In this document: positions 1-11,074 of the stretch, piece by piece | How the letters are laid out: the number at the start of each line of letters is the position of its first letter | Numbering within the stretch: position 1 is the stretch's first letter | Origin: Yuukianura sp. NJ FZ-2021 | Taxonomy: Eukaryota | Length of the DNA: 64,000 nt | Direction of reading: 5' to 3' | Assembly (NCBI GenBank): GCA_046563655.1 | Contig: CM102286.1 | Span: forward strand, 2,604,001 to 2,668,000 | Notes under the pieces: generated by a model | The model's database searches: none | What the model saw: the letters and a program-made list of their open reading frames with translations, nothing else | Told to the model about the DNA's origin: nothing | Translations under genes and position numbers: made by a program

Positions 1-1752
1 ACTCCAGAAAACTCCATTGGTGCGTCAGCCGTTTGTGCCTTCAGAATAGACGACATTGTGAAAGTGTTTGACGGGCCCTTCAAGGGCCAATCCACGTACG
101 ACTCCAATTGGCTCCCTGTTCCAGCCAGTGACGTTCCTTCTCAGCGTCCCGGTGCCTGTCCAACTGAAAACTCTCCTCCCCCTGAAGCCCATACAGAAGC
201 CTTTTACAAGGAGCATCTCCTGATGGACGAAACTGTCCAAGGTTCCTTGACACTCGTCCATGCTTCCAATACAGACAGGTTTAAAGTAGTGGAAGTTGAC
301 ATCATGGGGGAGTATCACATTTTGTACATTGGTACTGAAACGGGTAAAGTGCTCAAAGTGATCGTAGACAATGATCAAAATAGTTCCCGCCACAGGCGTC
401 ATGATACTGACTCCTCCCACTCAGACTCTAGCCACTCCCCCTCAGATGCTGACTCCTCCCTCCTAGGGTTTAGTTTAAATACAAGTCTGATCTCAGCCTC
501 TTGGCAAGTAAGTGACAAACCAATCAGAACGCTGCGTCTGATCAATCCGGCGACAATTCTCGTCGGAACTGAAACGAGCGTCGTACTGCTTCCGACGTCA
601 CACTGCGACGAATACAAAACGTGTCATGCGTGTATCCAGCTCCGTGATCCGCACTGCTTCTGGGACATGGACAACGGCACATGCGTGTCATCAGTTCAAA
701 GTCAGATGGAAACTTCCGCAGAGTTCAACTTGCGACAAGATATTGCCTCAGGCGATGCCCAGTTTTGTCCACAAGGTGAGTTTTAAAAATTTCAACTTGT
801 AAAAAGTTTGTCTTTTTGGATTTTCCTTGGCTAAAATGGTGGCGGGATTTTCACGTGGTAATAGAAAATTTGGTGACGCTGGAAGAAGTGTCGTCGGTTG
901 AACCGCCGGAAAATGTTGTCGAAGAGGCTCAAATGGACAGCAGCTCAAAGGCAGCAGCAGAGTGTTGTGCATGCTCAGGCGTGACACTATCTTCACATGA
1001 AACTTCTGGAAACAACAGGATTCCAGAACTGGATGGCTACTTTAGATATGCACCGACACAGAATGATGACGATTGGACACGAAATGAAATTTCAACTCCC
1101 GAACTTGTTGACACTTCTTCAAAATTTCCACTTCCAAGGAGAGGTAAGCCCAGTCATCCTCCATCAATGTTTTTTCGAAAAAAAAGTTCATGATGATTTT
1201 TTGAACCAATCATGGCGGCACTTACAAATTTTGATTTTGATTTTCCCTCTGCCTTTTGGTTGATTTTAATGCATGACCTTAGACTGGGCTTACACTCCTT
1301 TTATTTGCTTAATAACTTTACTAAAATTGGGTTTAACTAAAAGTATACCTTTGAGTAATTGTTTTCAAAATTTGAAATTTCCGTTTTTTATTCAAATTCC
1401 AGAATACGAGTCTTCTTCGTCAAAATCCGGAGAGGAATCGATCAGCCGAGGCTCTATTGCTGTGGCCACCGTAGGTTCAGCCTTCATCGCTCTTCTGATT
1501 GGCTGTGCCATTGGATTTCTAGGCAGCCGGTGGTTGGCCAACAAGAAAAATTTGAGCAAGACTGCGGCAACTAATGCCCAATTTGCAGCGTCACTCAGTG
1601 AGCAGTCGCAGAGACTAACGCCACCAAAGCCGCTGGACTTTGTTGTAAACAACGTCAACAACTGGAGTGGTGCAGTCAAAAATCCATCCCCGCCCAAAAG
1701 TAACTTAGCGACCGACACTCTAGAGAAGACTGTGAAAAAAATTTACCTTTGA
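1..1752 (+). CDS. Class-1 transmembrane semaphorin, 3' part (end of Sema domain, PSI domain, TM, short tail). Exons <1-775, 865-1143, 1403-1752
   Basis: Sema-type segments (WLPVP...VPSQRPGAC, HLLMDETV, LYIGTETGKVLK), PSI cysteine pattern (CDEYKTCHACIQLRDPHCFWD..C), TM IAVATVGSAFIALLIGCAIGFL, C-terminal KKIYL. GT-AG introns 776-864 and 1144-1402 keep the frame. Confidence 0.88.
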
Positions 1753-2893
1753 AATTATAGCGTGCCTTTGAAAAAAACAAAAATTTGAAAGTGCCTCCAC
1801 ACACGAAAGTGATACGTGACCCACCGAACTCTACACGCCATTTTCTCCCGCCAAAAAATTTGACCCCCTGTGACCCCTTCACCTCAGAAAGCCATTTTTA
1901 GCCTTATTGTTATGCTTTTTGTAACTGTGACAATTAAAAGTGAATTTTTGAAAAAAAAAAACAACAACTATGGGATAAAAATACTTACTACACTATTTTT
2001 GGTTTTCAAAAAATGACGCCCGCTTCATAATTTGCGCACCAACTTTGCTTTATTTTTAATTTTTTTGAAAAAAAAAACTCGTTTCGGTTTTTCTGATGAA
2101 GTATTTAAGAAAGTTGAATTACTTTTAAATTGGCAATCAGTACAGGAAAAAATTGGAAAACAGATTCACAAATGAAAATAAAACTTTTGTTTTTCGCTTT
2201 TACTTATCAACTTCATTTCCCAAATTAACGATGTCGATACTTGGAAAGTGAATTTTTTGCATCCAAGGTATAACTTTTTTTATGAAATTTTGATGAAACG
2301 CAGTTTTCTCTGAAACAAAAAAGGCAAATTTCCTTTAGACACAAAGTTTTCAAATTATTTTTGACAGTGACAAGCTACTTCTAGAACTAACTGCGTCAAT
2401 TTTCTAGAATCAAGCAAACAATTAAGAAATTTCAAATGTTAATTTGGGAAATTGCAAATAATGGGTTTCAACCCATACAATGCTGTTTGCTCTGCCGTTT
2501 TTTTTGTGACTCAATCTAAAATACACATCTGAGGAGAAAGTGAAGAAAGAGGTAGGTGAAATGTTATTTCTCGGAATAATTGTTAAGGAGGAGGAGTGTA
2601 AGATATCTTGTATGGGTTCATTTGCTTCACATAAAAGGAAAACGACTTGCAAGGAATGACAGTTAGTCAAGTATTTTCATTTCCGAATTAAACAATTCTA
2701 TTGGTCCATCACAGCTTTTATAGCCAAATTACAGGCTCGGCTACGAGACACTTTGAAACAAAACGCGATTACCGCTTTTCTACTGACTCCTTAAAGTTTC
2801 ATTTCTGACAAATCGAATGCTCCCGCCACTTTCACTTTCTTACTTGAGTCCAAAGTAGTGTGGCTTTAGTCATTTTGTCAAAATTTTGAAACA

Positions 2894-3550
2894 ATGGCGA
2901 CTCAAAAGTCAGGTATTGAAATATCTAGATTAAAATTTTTGAAAAATGGTCCATTGTATAACGAATAATTTGGAATTTTTTCTCAACAGTTTTGGCTCCA
3001 ATAATTTTTGTGACTTTCACAATTGTTCTTGTCACTTATTTGCTCCAACCGATTCAATGTCAACCACTTAGCTTCTTTAAAGGAACCCAAATGGTGAACG
3101 AGTACTTTACAAGAAATTCAAAAAACAAGCAGGTACAGTTTTAATATTAAAAAAAAGTTGTTTTAGACTTAAAAAATGGTGACTCCTGTTCAAACGAAAA
3201 ATATTTAATTTTATACCGTAAAGTTTAAAATGTCTCAGAATAACGCTTTTCCATCAAAAGCGCTTCCAAGAATCGGACGCAGAGGTGGGATCGGTACATT
3301 AGGAGCTGTGGGAGTTGAAGATCGTGAAGGCAGGATGGAGATGATTCCAAGTGGATTTTCAGTGGTTGGTTACCATGGAAACCAAAATTTGATCCGGGCT
3401 GAACCACCTTATGAACCGACCACACCCTCTGAGCAGACGATGACAGCCGGCCCAAAATTACTGCTGCTTTTAAAATATTTGTTCAAACATGGCGTCATAA
3501 AACCGGAAGACTCCGCACCATTCTTTGGATACAATAAAAAACTGGTGTAA
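2894..3550 (+). CDS. PRXamide neuropeptide precursor, ecdysis-triggering-hormone-like. Exons 2894-2912, 2990-3132, 3239-3550
   Basis: Spliced by hand: MATQKSVLAPIIFVTFTIVLVTYLLQPIQC (signal peptide), then QPLSFFKG...KQNNAFPSKALPRI-G-RR (amidation Gly plus dibasic site). Both GT-AG introns keep the frame. Confidence 0.72.
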
Positions 3551-4233
3551 CTCCCTCGAATGAAATTTTGCAAAATATACCGTAGCACAAAAATTGTAGT
3601 AAAATTACAATTGTTTTGTGTTTGTGCAAAAAAAATTGTCGCGTTTAAAATAATATTTGTTGAGAGCATGTCTGTCTAACTAAAGAAAGCAAAGAAAGTT
3701 ATTGAATTTTTTTGGGCATGTTTTTTCAATCATGTCCATGTGTTAAAGTCTAGTGAAAATGAAGACAATAAACTTGCTTTCCAACATCAAATTACATTTT
3801 AAAAACACGTAATAATAACTCTAAAAGAGAGATTTTCTAATAGAAATTTTTCTCAATTTTTTTTTTCAAATCTAATTCCAAAATTGTGAGTAGTTAGGTT
3901 TTGGTATCTTATGATCAACTTCGTTGGGCAGCTGAGCAAACAAAACTTTGTTCCCCATCTTGTGGTTTTACATTGACATTGTTGAGAGATTTTTTCTAGG
4001 TCAAGGCTAAGAAAACAAAAAGATACAAAAGATGAAAAATCTTACAAGTACGACCTTTGATTTCTAAAACATCTCTTTGAACACAAATACCTTTTGCTTT
4101 CTTTTCAATTTTGAATTTGGAGTGGCAAAGGTTGTCTGTGGTAAGCTTTTTTTCAAAAGAAATTAAGCAAAATAATTAGACACACTAACTAATATTAATT
4201 AAAAACGTTTTTTTTTCTCTCAAGATTTTGAAA

Positions 4234-4836
4234 ATGGGTGAAATCGGATTCGGAATTTCCATTTTGTGCAGTTATTGCATTGCATCTGGATTATCAGTAG
4301 TAACTCCGTACTACATTTCGGAACCAATAGTAAGATTTTTGCGACACGATGGTTCAGCCGACGGAGTTCCAAATTTGCCACCATCTACTACGACCACCAC
4401 CGAAGTCCCACCAACAACCTTGTCGATCCCACCTAAAATTCCAGATTGTTCTGGAACCTGCGAATATCGAAATACCGTTGCATCTCAGACTCTGGTTTCC
4501 TGTGACGGTGCATGCGTCTGTGCAAACAGACCGAATGGAATGATAGACGGTTCGTCATCATGGGACGTCATTTGGAACGGAACGATTTGTACAATTTCGG
4601 AATCTGGACCGTGTGGACGTGGAGATGGCGGAATGATTATGGCATGTCAACCGGGATTGAACTGTATCGAAAAACGGTGTCGAGAACCGAGTCGCGTCGG
4701 TAGCATTGAACTGGGTTGGGCCTGTGACGATTCGTTGGATTGTCAGCACGGTCTGGCTTGCGTTTCAGACGAACACGTTCGTCCAATTCATAAAACGTGC
4801 CGCATTCTTCCAAAATCTCTGTTCAGAATTTGGTAG
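4234..4836 (+). CDS. Secreted cysteine-rich protein with a Thr/Pro-rich linker (EB/EGF-like Cys modules)
   Basis: Hydrophobic N-terminus, PPSTTTTTEVPPTT stretch, many Cys in patterns such as CQPGLNCIEKRC and CDDSLDCQHGLAC. Confidence 0.65.
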   Translation: MGEIGFGISILCSYCIASGLSVVTPYYISEPIVRFLRHDGSADGVPNLPPSTTTTTEVPPTTLSIPPKIPDCSGTCEYRNTVASQTLVSCDGACVCANRPNGMIDGSSSWDVIWNGTICTISESGPCGRGDGGMIMACQPGLNCIEKRCREPSRVGSIELGWACDDSLDCQHGLACVSDEHVRPIHKTCRILPKSLFRIW

Positions 4837-5257
4837 AGAAACTTCAGTTTGCAACTTCAAAAATTTTGATGCTTTTCAAAGCATAGAAGCAATTCTTTTT
4901 AGATTTTTTATGAACACCGAATTTCAAATTTTTCAAAATCTGTTAAGACTTGTTTTCAAGAATTGAAATAAAGACTACTCGTATTTTGCATTTTCTGTGT
5001 TAGTTTTAGATACTTTCGTTTTTAATTTTTTGAGTTTCATTATGACATTTTTTGTTACTTTCTATAATGTCTTAAACATGAAGTTTAGCTTAGGATTAGT
5101 AAAATCGGAGTTAACATCAGTTTTTGATAATATTTCGTGAGTGTTATAATAAAGAATAAGGTTTACACTTTTTTTCGTTTTGGGAAACGTTTTAAGCTCA
5201 ATTGCAAATAATTTCTAGCACAATTTTTTCAAAATTTTTCTCCCGCCTCTTTTGATT

Positions 5258-6587
5258 TCAAATAAAACTTGTACGAATGGTCGATGAGCGCCTGCGTTCA
5301 AAACATCTTCGAAATATCGGTTCAGCGGGTTCTTCGTCCTCATTGGCCGAATCGTGTTCCTTCTTTTGCTCTTCTTTACCTTGGTCGTCCGAAACAGCCA
5401 CCGCAGTTTGACTTTTGGGTGGCAAATGCTTCGGAGTAGGTGGGCTCTGCGCCTGAGTCGTTTTCTGCGCCTGCGCAATTGTCTGAGCCCTGGACAGTGT
5501 ACCCGGTGGAGAACGGCGAGCAAAGTCTTTGCCTCTGGGAGTATGTAGCTCGTTGTTCCCAAGACTCATTTGACGAGACGTAGGTGGGGCATGATGCTGA
5601 ACCTGTGTTTCCATGGAGGATGACCTTGAAGGGGTCAAGTATTGTCCGTAAGGTCGATTGTTTTGGTGCTGGTGGGTCACTGGAGGTGGGACTTCGGTGA
5701 AACATGTCTCTTCTTCCTCATCTTCTGCCCCACCGGCCCCACCACCAGCTGGACTCCTGGACTGTGACCTGGTTCTCTGCTTTTTCGGTGTGGTTCGTAA
5801 AGAATTTCGTCCGTTGAAACTGTTACTGCGTTGGTGCGAAGTTTGAGAGCTGTTGCTGGTGTCTGAAAATGAAATTTCAGATTTTCTCAAAATTTCAATT
5901 ATTTTCTTTCTTCATATTTTGAAAAACTGACCTTCCATAAAGTGCAAGTATGTTTGGACTTCGGGTAGAAAGCTCAGGGAAGAGTAGCTCGCTTTTTCCT
6001 GCTTGATCAACGGATCTGCAATGGCAGAATATTGAGAAGATGAGGTAGGCTGACTATAACGGCGACATTTCAGCTCCAGCGATTGTGTTCCTACAAGCGT
6101 AACATTCGAAAGCGAAAGGAATTTTATCATGCAAAAACTAGCGTAGGTTAGGCTAGCTTAAGCTGAGGTGTGACCTTTGACCTTACTCGATTCACTTGGA
6201 CTGTAAGAACAAAAGCCAGAAGAACTACTTCCAGTCGGGTTGCTGTTTCGTCTTGCTGGTGAATGTGTTGAGTCTAATAAAATCAAAAATTGCTCTTCAG
6301 AAAAACTCAAACCCCGAACCAAATTTTGAAATTTTGTGAATCTTGTATAAAAATTTTGTTTTACGAGTGAAAGTGGACGTTGCAGGTACAGTGTTTGTAG
6401 ATGGATTTCTAAAGTAGCTGAAACCTAAAGCTGATGTTGACTGCCTTCGCGGACTACTGGCTGGCAGTGGACTTGCGGATGCTGATACTGCCAAATCATG
6501 TTTGGTCCCTTTGACATTTGCACTCGTACTGCTACTAGTACTGGATGGACTCCTCTTAACTTCACCAATCTTTGCAAATTCACTCAT
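5258..6587 (-). CDS. Uncharacterised Ser/Thr/Gln-rich disordered protein, about 4 exons
   Basis: ORF pieces (MSEFAKIGEVKRSPSS..., GTQSLELKCRR..., DTSNSSQTSHQ...) can be joined through GT-AG introns near 6364-6274, 6186-6091 and 5931-5863. No recognisable domain. Confidence 0.55.
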
Positions 6588-7358
6588 TTTTACAAATTTC
6601 TGTTGGTCAAAGGTCAAACTGTGCACTTACTCGCCATTATTAGATGGTGGCAGCTGTTAGCAATTGCAAATTATGAAGTGAGCTGCGCACTAAATTAGTC
6701 TAACTCTTACCGAACAAAACGCCTCAAGTGCTCAACACTTTAAGTTAGCGAAATGACTGTTCTTCTGTTACTAAACGTTTTCTATGTTAGCACAAATAAG
6801 CATAGCCTAAGGAAAAGAAAACTACTACACTACTGGAATTTTGAACTGTGTTTGAATGGAGTAAGAATTTTAGACCAAGGGAAAGTTGCATGCAGTAAAT
6901 GAGCATGTACGGACACACGGTGCGTGTGAATTCTCAATCAATAAAAAGTGAAAGCTCATGTCTGATCCGTGGCATAAAAACACTTCAGTGTTGGCAGAGC
7001 ATCACATTGTACTTTCTCTAGCGTCAACTATTCCAACGCTAAAGTTGTAAACGATGTGAATACTTTGTATAGAATACTTGTAAACATTAGTTTTAATATC
7101 GGTAGTAAGAATTTTAAAAACAGCTTCCTAACTTTCTTCATTCTAATTGTAAGATAAAATGCGTTATTCAATCCGTATTATAACATGTATACACAATTGT
7201 ACATATGATGTATGTCCCAAGTGAATTCCATTTTGCTGAATCTGTGAAGATTTGTTGAACTGGTGGGGTCATTCTCATGTTACAGCTAAAAGCAGCTCAA
7301 GGTCTGACGTAACAACTTTCAAAATTTGACTGATGTGACCTTGATGTAACCTAACCTA

Positions 7359-7985
7359 ATTGCAAAGGAATTGGATCGAAAAAGGAAAAGAAGGCAGTAT
7401 TTGTCAACATGTCTCTTCAGATGTAAATTTTTCTAATTTTTTTTGACGTTTTTGAAAGCCGAATTTTTGAAAAATTGTTTAAATTTCTCCGTGTGCTCTG
7501 AAGCCGTATCCGAATTATGCAGCTTATTCTTCAACCAAGAGAGGACTAGATTAACAAGTCATTGGCATTGGAGTTGGGTCCGTTTAATATTTAGGTAATG
7601 CCGTTTTTACTTCAAAATATTGAAAATTAAATTTTCAAATTTTGACCTTGAATTCTAATTATAATTTTATTGTAGAGTCAACTGTATTAATCCAACCCTC
7701 GTTTTGACTGACATGGGTCACCATGTATTCGCCGATCCTGCAGAAGAAAAACAAAATTCCACTTGAAAGATTTGCAGGTAAAAGCGACATTTGCTTCCAG
7801 TATAAAAACTTTCACAATTTCAAAAATTTTGAATTTCAAACATAATGATAAGTTGCCTTTTTTTTCCCACAGAACTGTCGGACATAATTCATTCAGTTGC
7901 GCTTCTGCTGAGTGACAAATCGAACATGATAACTGGCGTTTCACTGACTGTGGAGGGTGGCTTAGTACAAAAATGTTCATGTTAG
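7359..7985 (+). pseudogene. Frameshifted short-chain dehydrogenase/reductase pseudogene (L-xylulose reductase/DCXR-like)
   Basis: Manual translation gives IAKEL/IEKGKEGSI/VNMS, YAAYSSTKRGLD (YxxxK), SLALELGPFNI, VNCINPTLVLTDMG, KIPLERFA and ELSDIIHSVALLLSDKSNMITGVSLTVEGG, with intron remnants and several frameshifts/stops. Confidence 0.8.
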
Positions 7986-8340
7986 AATAACATCAGAACA
8001 TCACAGTAGTTTGTCCAGCCTAACGCAGCAAACATTGTAAGTTTTAATAATTTTAATAAACTTAAATAAATTTAATTAAAGTTTAATAAATTTCGTTTTT
8101 AAATATTTTAATTTCAGGAAAGTTTCCAACTACAATACTTGCTCCAGTCCAAACACATGAAATCATTTACTTTAATTTAATAACAAGTTTCAAATTAATT
8201 TTTTTAGTCCTAATAATCTGTATCATCCATGTCATTTGCCAATTAATACTCTTACTGTGATCAAAAAGTGTTTTAGTAAACATGTTTATGTTTAGAAATG
8301 GTCAAGTTAGTTGAGTTAACTTAAACGCTTTCATATCTTC

Positions 8341-9342
8341 TCACAACTGGCCTCTTGCAACCTTAACAACAGCCATGTTAACTTGAACAGTAATGAAATC
8401 ATCAGTTTCCCCTCCCTTGTCTGGATGATGCTTGAGACAAAGTTGTCGGAAGGCCGTGTTGATCTCGTTGTTTGACGCTGTCATTTTCACACCCAAAAAG
8501 TTGTAAGCATTTTCCAGTGCCTCTTCCTTGGGAATTCCAAACAAGTACTGCGTCAAGCGATCGCAAAGAAATTCTGCCGCTTGAGCCGAAATAATACCAC
8601 CAATTATTCCTCCCGCGAAGGCTCCGATTGGTCCAGCCAGGGCTCCAATCGCAGCGCCCCCTAGCCCTCCAGCCAATCCAGCTCCAATTGACACAGACGC
8701 ATCTACGACATTCTTGGCACATCTTTTTCCACTAATTTCTCCCTTCCACCATCGTCGGATATTTTGAATGGCAACGATACCCAAATAGATAACAGCCAAC
8801 CCCTCCATGACAATTTTCCCACCACGTTTGCTAGCCAACGAAACACATTCATCAACGGATGAGAGTAGGGTGCGGTTAGAAATATGTTTGCGTATGTATT
8901 CCAAAAGTTCTGCTTGGTACGGCGCGGGAATCATATTCCAGGCACCCGTCAGCCCAATAGTCGGTAAAGTTGAGGCTTTCACGGGACCTACTCTGGTGAA
9001 ACGATTAAAATTGAAGCCTTGAGCGTCTTCTTCCGGCGTAGGAAGTTCGGAGGGTTTAATCATTTCTTCGTAGATGGCGTTCATTGTCTTCCGAAATCCT
9101 TCGTCAATCTCATCTCGCTTGGTGTCTTCTGCCAGTCGCAGTGCGTACGATTTAAATGGTGCAGGGGAATCCATTGCAGCCTTCAAAATCCTCCATGCTG
9201 GTGGAATGTTGGTGTTTTGGCTTTCCGAATAAACACGATCTTCTTCGGTGAGATAGAATACAACGCGCGTCCAACTCTCGACATTGTCTTCTAAAGCAAG
9301 TACCAACTTTCTCACAACTTCTTCCTTCCATGAATCCCCCAT
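8341..9342 (-). CDS. 333-aa protein: death-domain-like N-terminus, acidic linker, hydrophobic helix, glycine zipper, C-terminal J-domain (HPD intact)
   Basis: J-domain AYNFLGVKMTASNNEINTAFRQLCLKHHPDKGG; GxxxG array GAGLAGGLGGAAIGALAGPIGAFAGGIIGGII; single coding exon preceded by a 5'UTR intron (ttttag just before taATG). Confidence 0.85.
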   Translation of the reverse strand: MGDSWKEEVVRKLVLALEDNVESWTRVVFYLTEEDRVYSESQNTNIPPAWRILKAAMDSPAPFKSYALRLAEDTKRDEIDEGFRKTMNAIYEEMIKPSELPTPEEDAQGFNFNRFTRVGPVKASTLPTIGLTGAWNMIPAPYQAELLEYIRKHISNRTLLSSVDECVSLASKRGGKIVMEGLAVIYLGIVAIQNIRRWWKGEISGKRCAKNVVDASVSIGAGLAGGLGGAAIGALAGPIGAFAGGIIGGIISAQAAEFLCDRLTQYLFGIPKEEALENAYNFLGVKMTASNNEINTAFRQLCLKHHPDKGGETDDFITVQVNMAVVKVARGQL

Positions 9343-10033
9343 TACTAAAATGTTAGAAATTGTTTAGGTTAGGCGCATGTTTTGTTCAATTATTAAGTGA
9401 TTGTAGATTGGCAATTAAATAAAATATTAAAATTATTATTAATAAATTAAATTAATGCGCCTGATGTTCTTCGCTATTATAATAACGCGGACACTTACCA
9501 TTAGACATTACAAAGCAGCTATATACAAGCTCTGATGATGAGTTTTAAAAGTATTATAATATTTTGCGCGTGCTGTTGTGGCAGGATTCAAACAAAGACT
9601 ACAGATTTTCCAAAATACCCAGGAAATTCGATGATCTCAGGATTGGTCAACTTGTGGGGTGAAGGCAATTAAAATTACTAAGGTACTTTCTAAACAAGTC
9701 CCGCAGAACAACATTTGGTGTTGCCTCTAACATAAAATTTACGGCTTAGGTACCTCTGCTGTGCAAAGTCCAGATGATAATGCAAAAACTTAGAGTACAA
9801 AGAGGTTTCAGTAAAATAACCCCATGAGAATAGCTTTGTGGTACCTAGAAGGGGTTTCGAAAAATCGAAGCTTCACCACTATACAGGCTGTTCACGAAAA
9901 GTAGACACCGCGAAAACGTTTAAATATACACCGTTTTTTTTTTCAAAATTAGCAACTTCTGGGGAGGCGAAACAACCTATCTACAACTGAATTACATTGC
10001 ACGGATTATTTTCCTTGAACTTGTTTTTTTTTA

Positions 10034-10108
10034 ATGTTTGAATCTTTGAGCACGATTCTCTTTCTGTACGAGTAGTTGGAACAATCATTTCCAAAATTTA
10101 CATTCGCT
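10034..10108 (+). pseudogene. Short frameshifted fragment of the 5' end of the bestrophin-like gene at 13976
   Basis: atgtttgaat...ctctttctgtacgagtagttggaacaatcatttccaaaatttac nearly matches 13976-14050, with a 4-nt deletion. Confidence 0.8.
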
Positions 10109-10388
10109 CTTAATAGAATGCTATTCACCCTGACGCTGTCAACAAGTTGTAATAAGTTTAATAAACTTAAATTAAACTTTAATAAATTTCTTTTTGACTT
10201 ATTGTAAAGTGTTAATTTCAGGAAAGCGTTCCGACTTCAATAGTTGCTCCATGCCAAACACATACACATGAACTCATTTACAAATCCACTTTAATTTAAA
10301 TAACAAAATGCAAATGAAAATTTGTTGTCTTAATATGCATGATTCATGCCGCTTAATATTTTTTTATTAATATTGCCAATATTAATAA

Positions 10389-10457
10389 TCGAACATGATA
10401 ACTGGCGTTTCACTGCATGTGGAGGGTGGCTATATTCTAAAACAATCCAGATGCTGA
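10389..10457 (+). pseudogene. Second remnant of the SDR C-terminal exon (SNMITGVSLHVEGGY...)
   Basis: About 42 nt nearly identical to 7920-7961. Confidence 0.75.
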
Positions 10458-11074
10458 CACTTTTCTGTTATAAAACGTTTTATAGTAAAAACTGATGACG
10501 TTAGAATGAGGTCTCAATAGTTAATCCATCCTCACGCTGTCAGCATTGTAAGTTTTAATAAATTTAATAAACTTAAACAAATAAAATAAACTTTATTGAA
10601 TTTAGTTTTGTCATATTTTAAAATTATGATTTCAGGAAACTACAATAATTGCTCCCGGACAAAATGAACAAATCAAATCATTTCCAAATATACTTTAGTT
10701 TAATAACAAAAATGCAAATTAAATTTATTTGTCATAATCTGTATCATACATCCTAAATACTCTATACAATCCTCAATAATTTTCAAAACAGCTTTTGGAA
10801 ACAACATTTTTTTAAATAAACAATTCAGCGTTAGAAACAAATCTATTCGAAACAACATGAGAGCCGTTAGAACGAATTGGGTATTAGAAGAAATTTTGTT
10901 TGAAAAATGGACCTTTATAAACAATTCGATTTGAAACAATTCCTTAGAAACAAAATGCTTACAAACAATTTATTTGAAACAATGGCATGGTCCATCGTCA
11001 TTTTCTCTGGCTTTCTCTTAATTATTTTTCAGTTTCCAGACGGCCATGTTGACCTTGTTGTTTGAAGCTGTCAT

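Noticed and set aside
9882..9910. TA-CAGGCTGTTCACGAAAAGTAGACACC resembling a Tc1/mariner end
   Set aside because: No matching opposite end or transposase found in the window.
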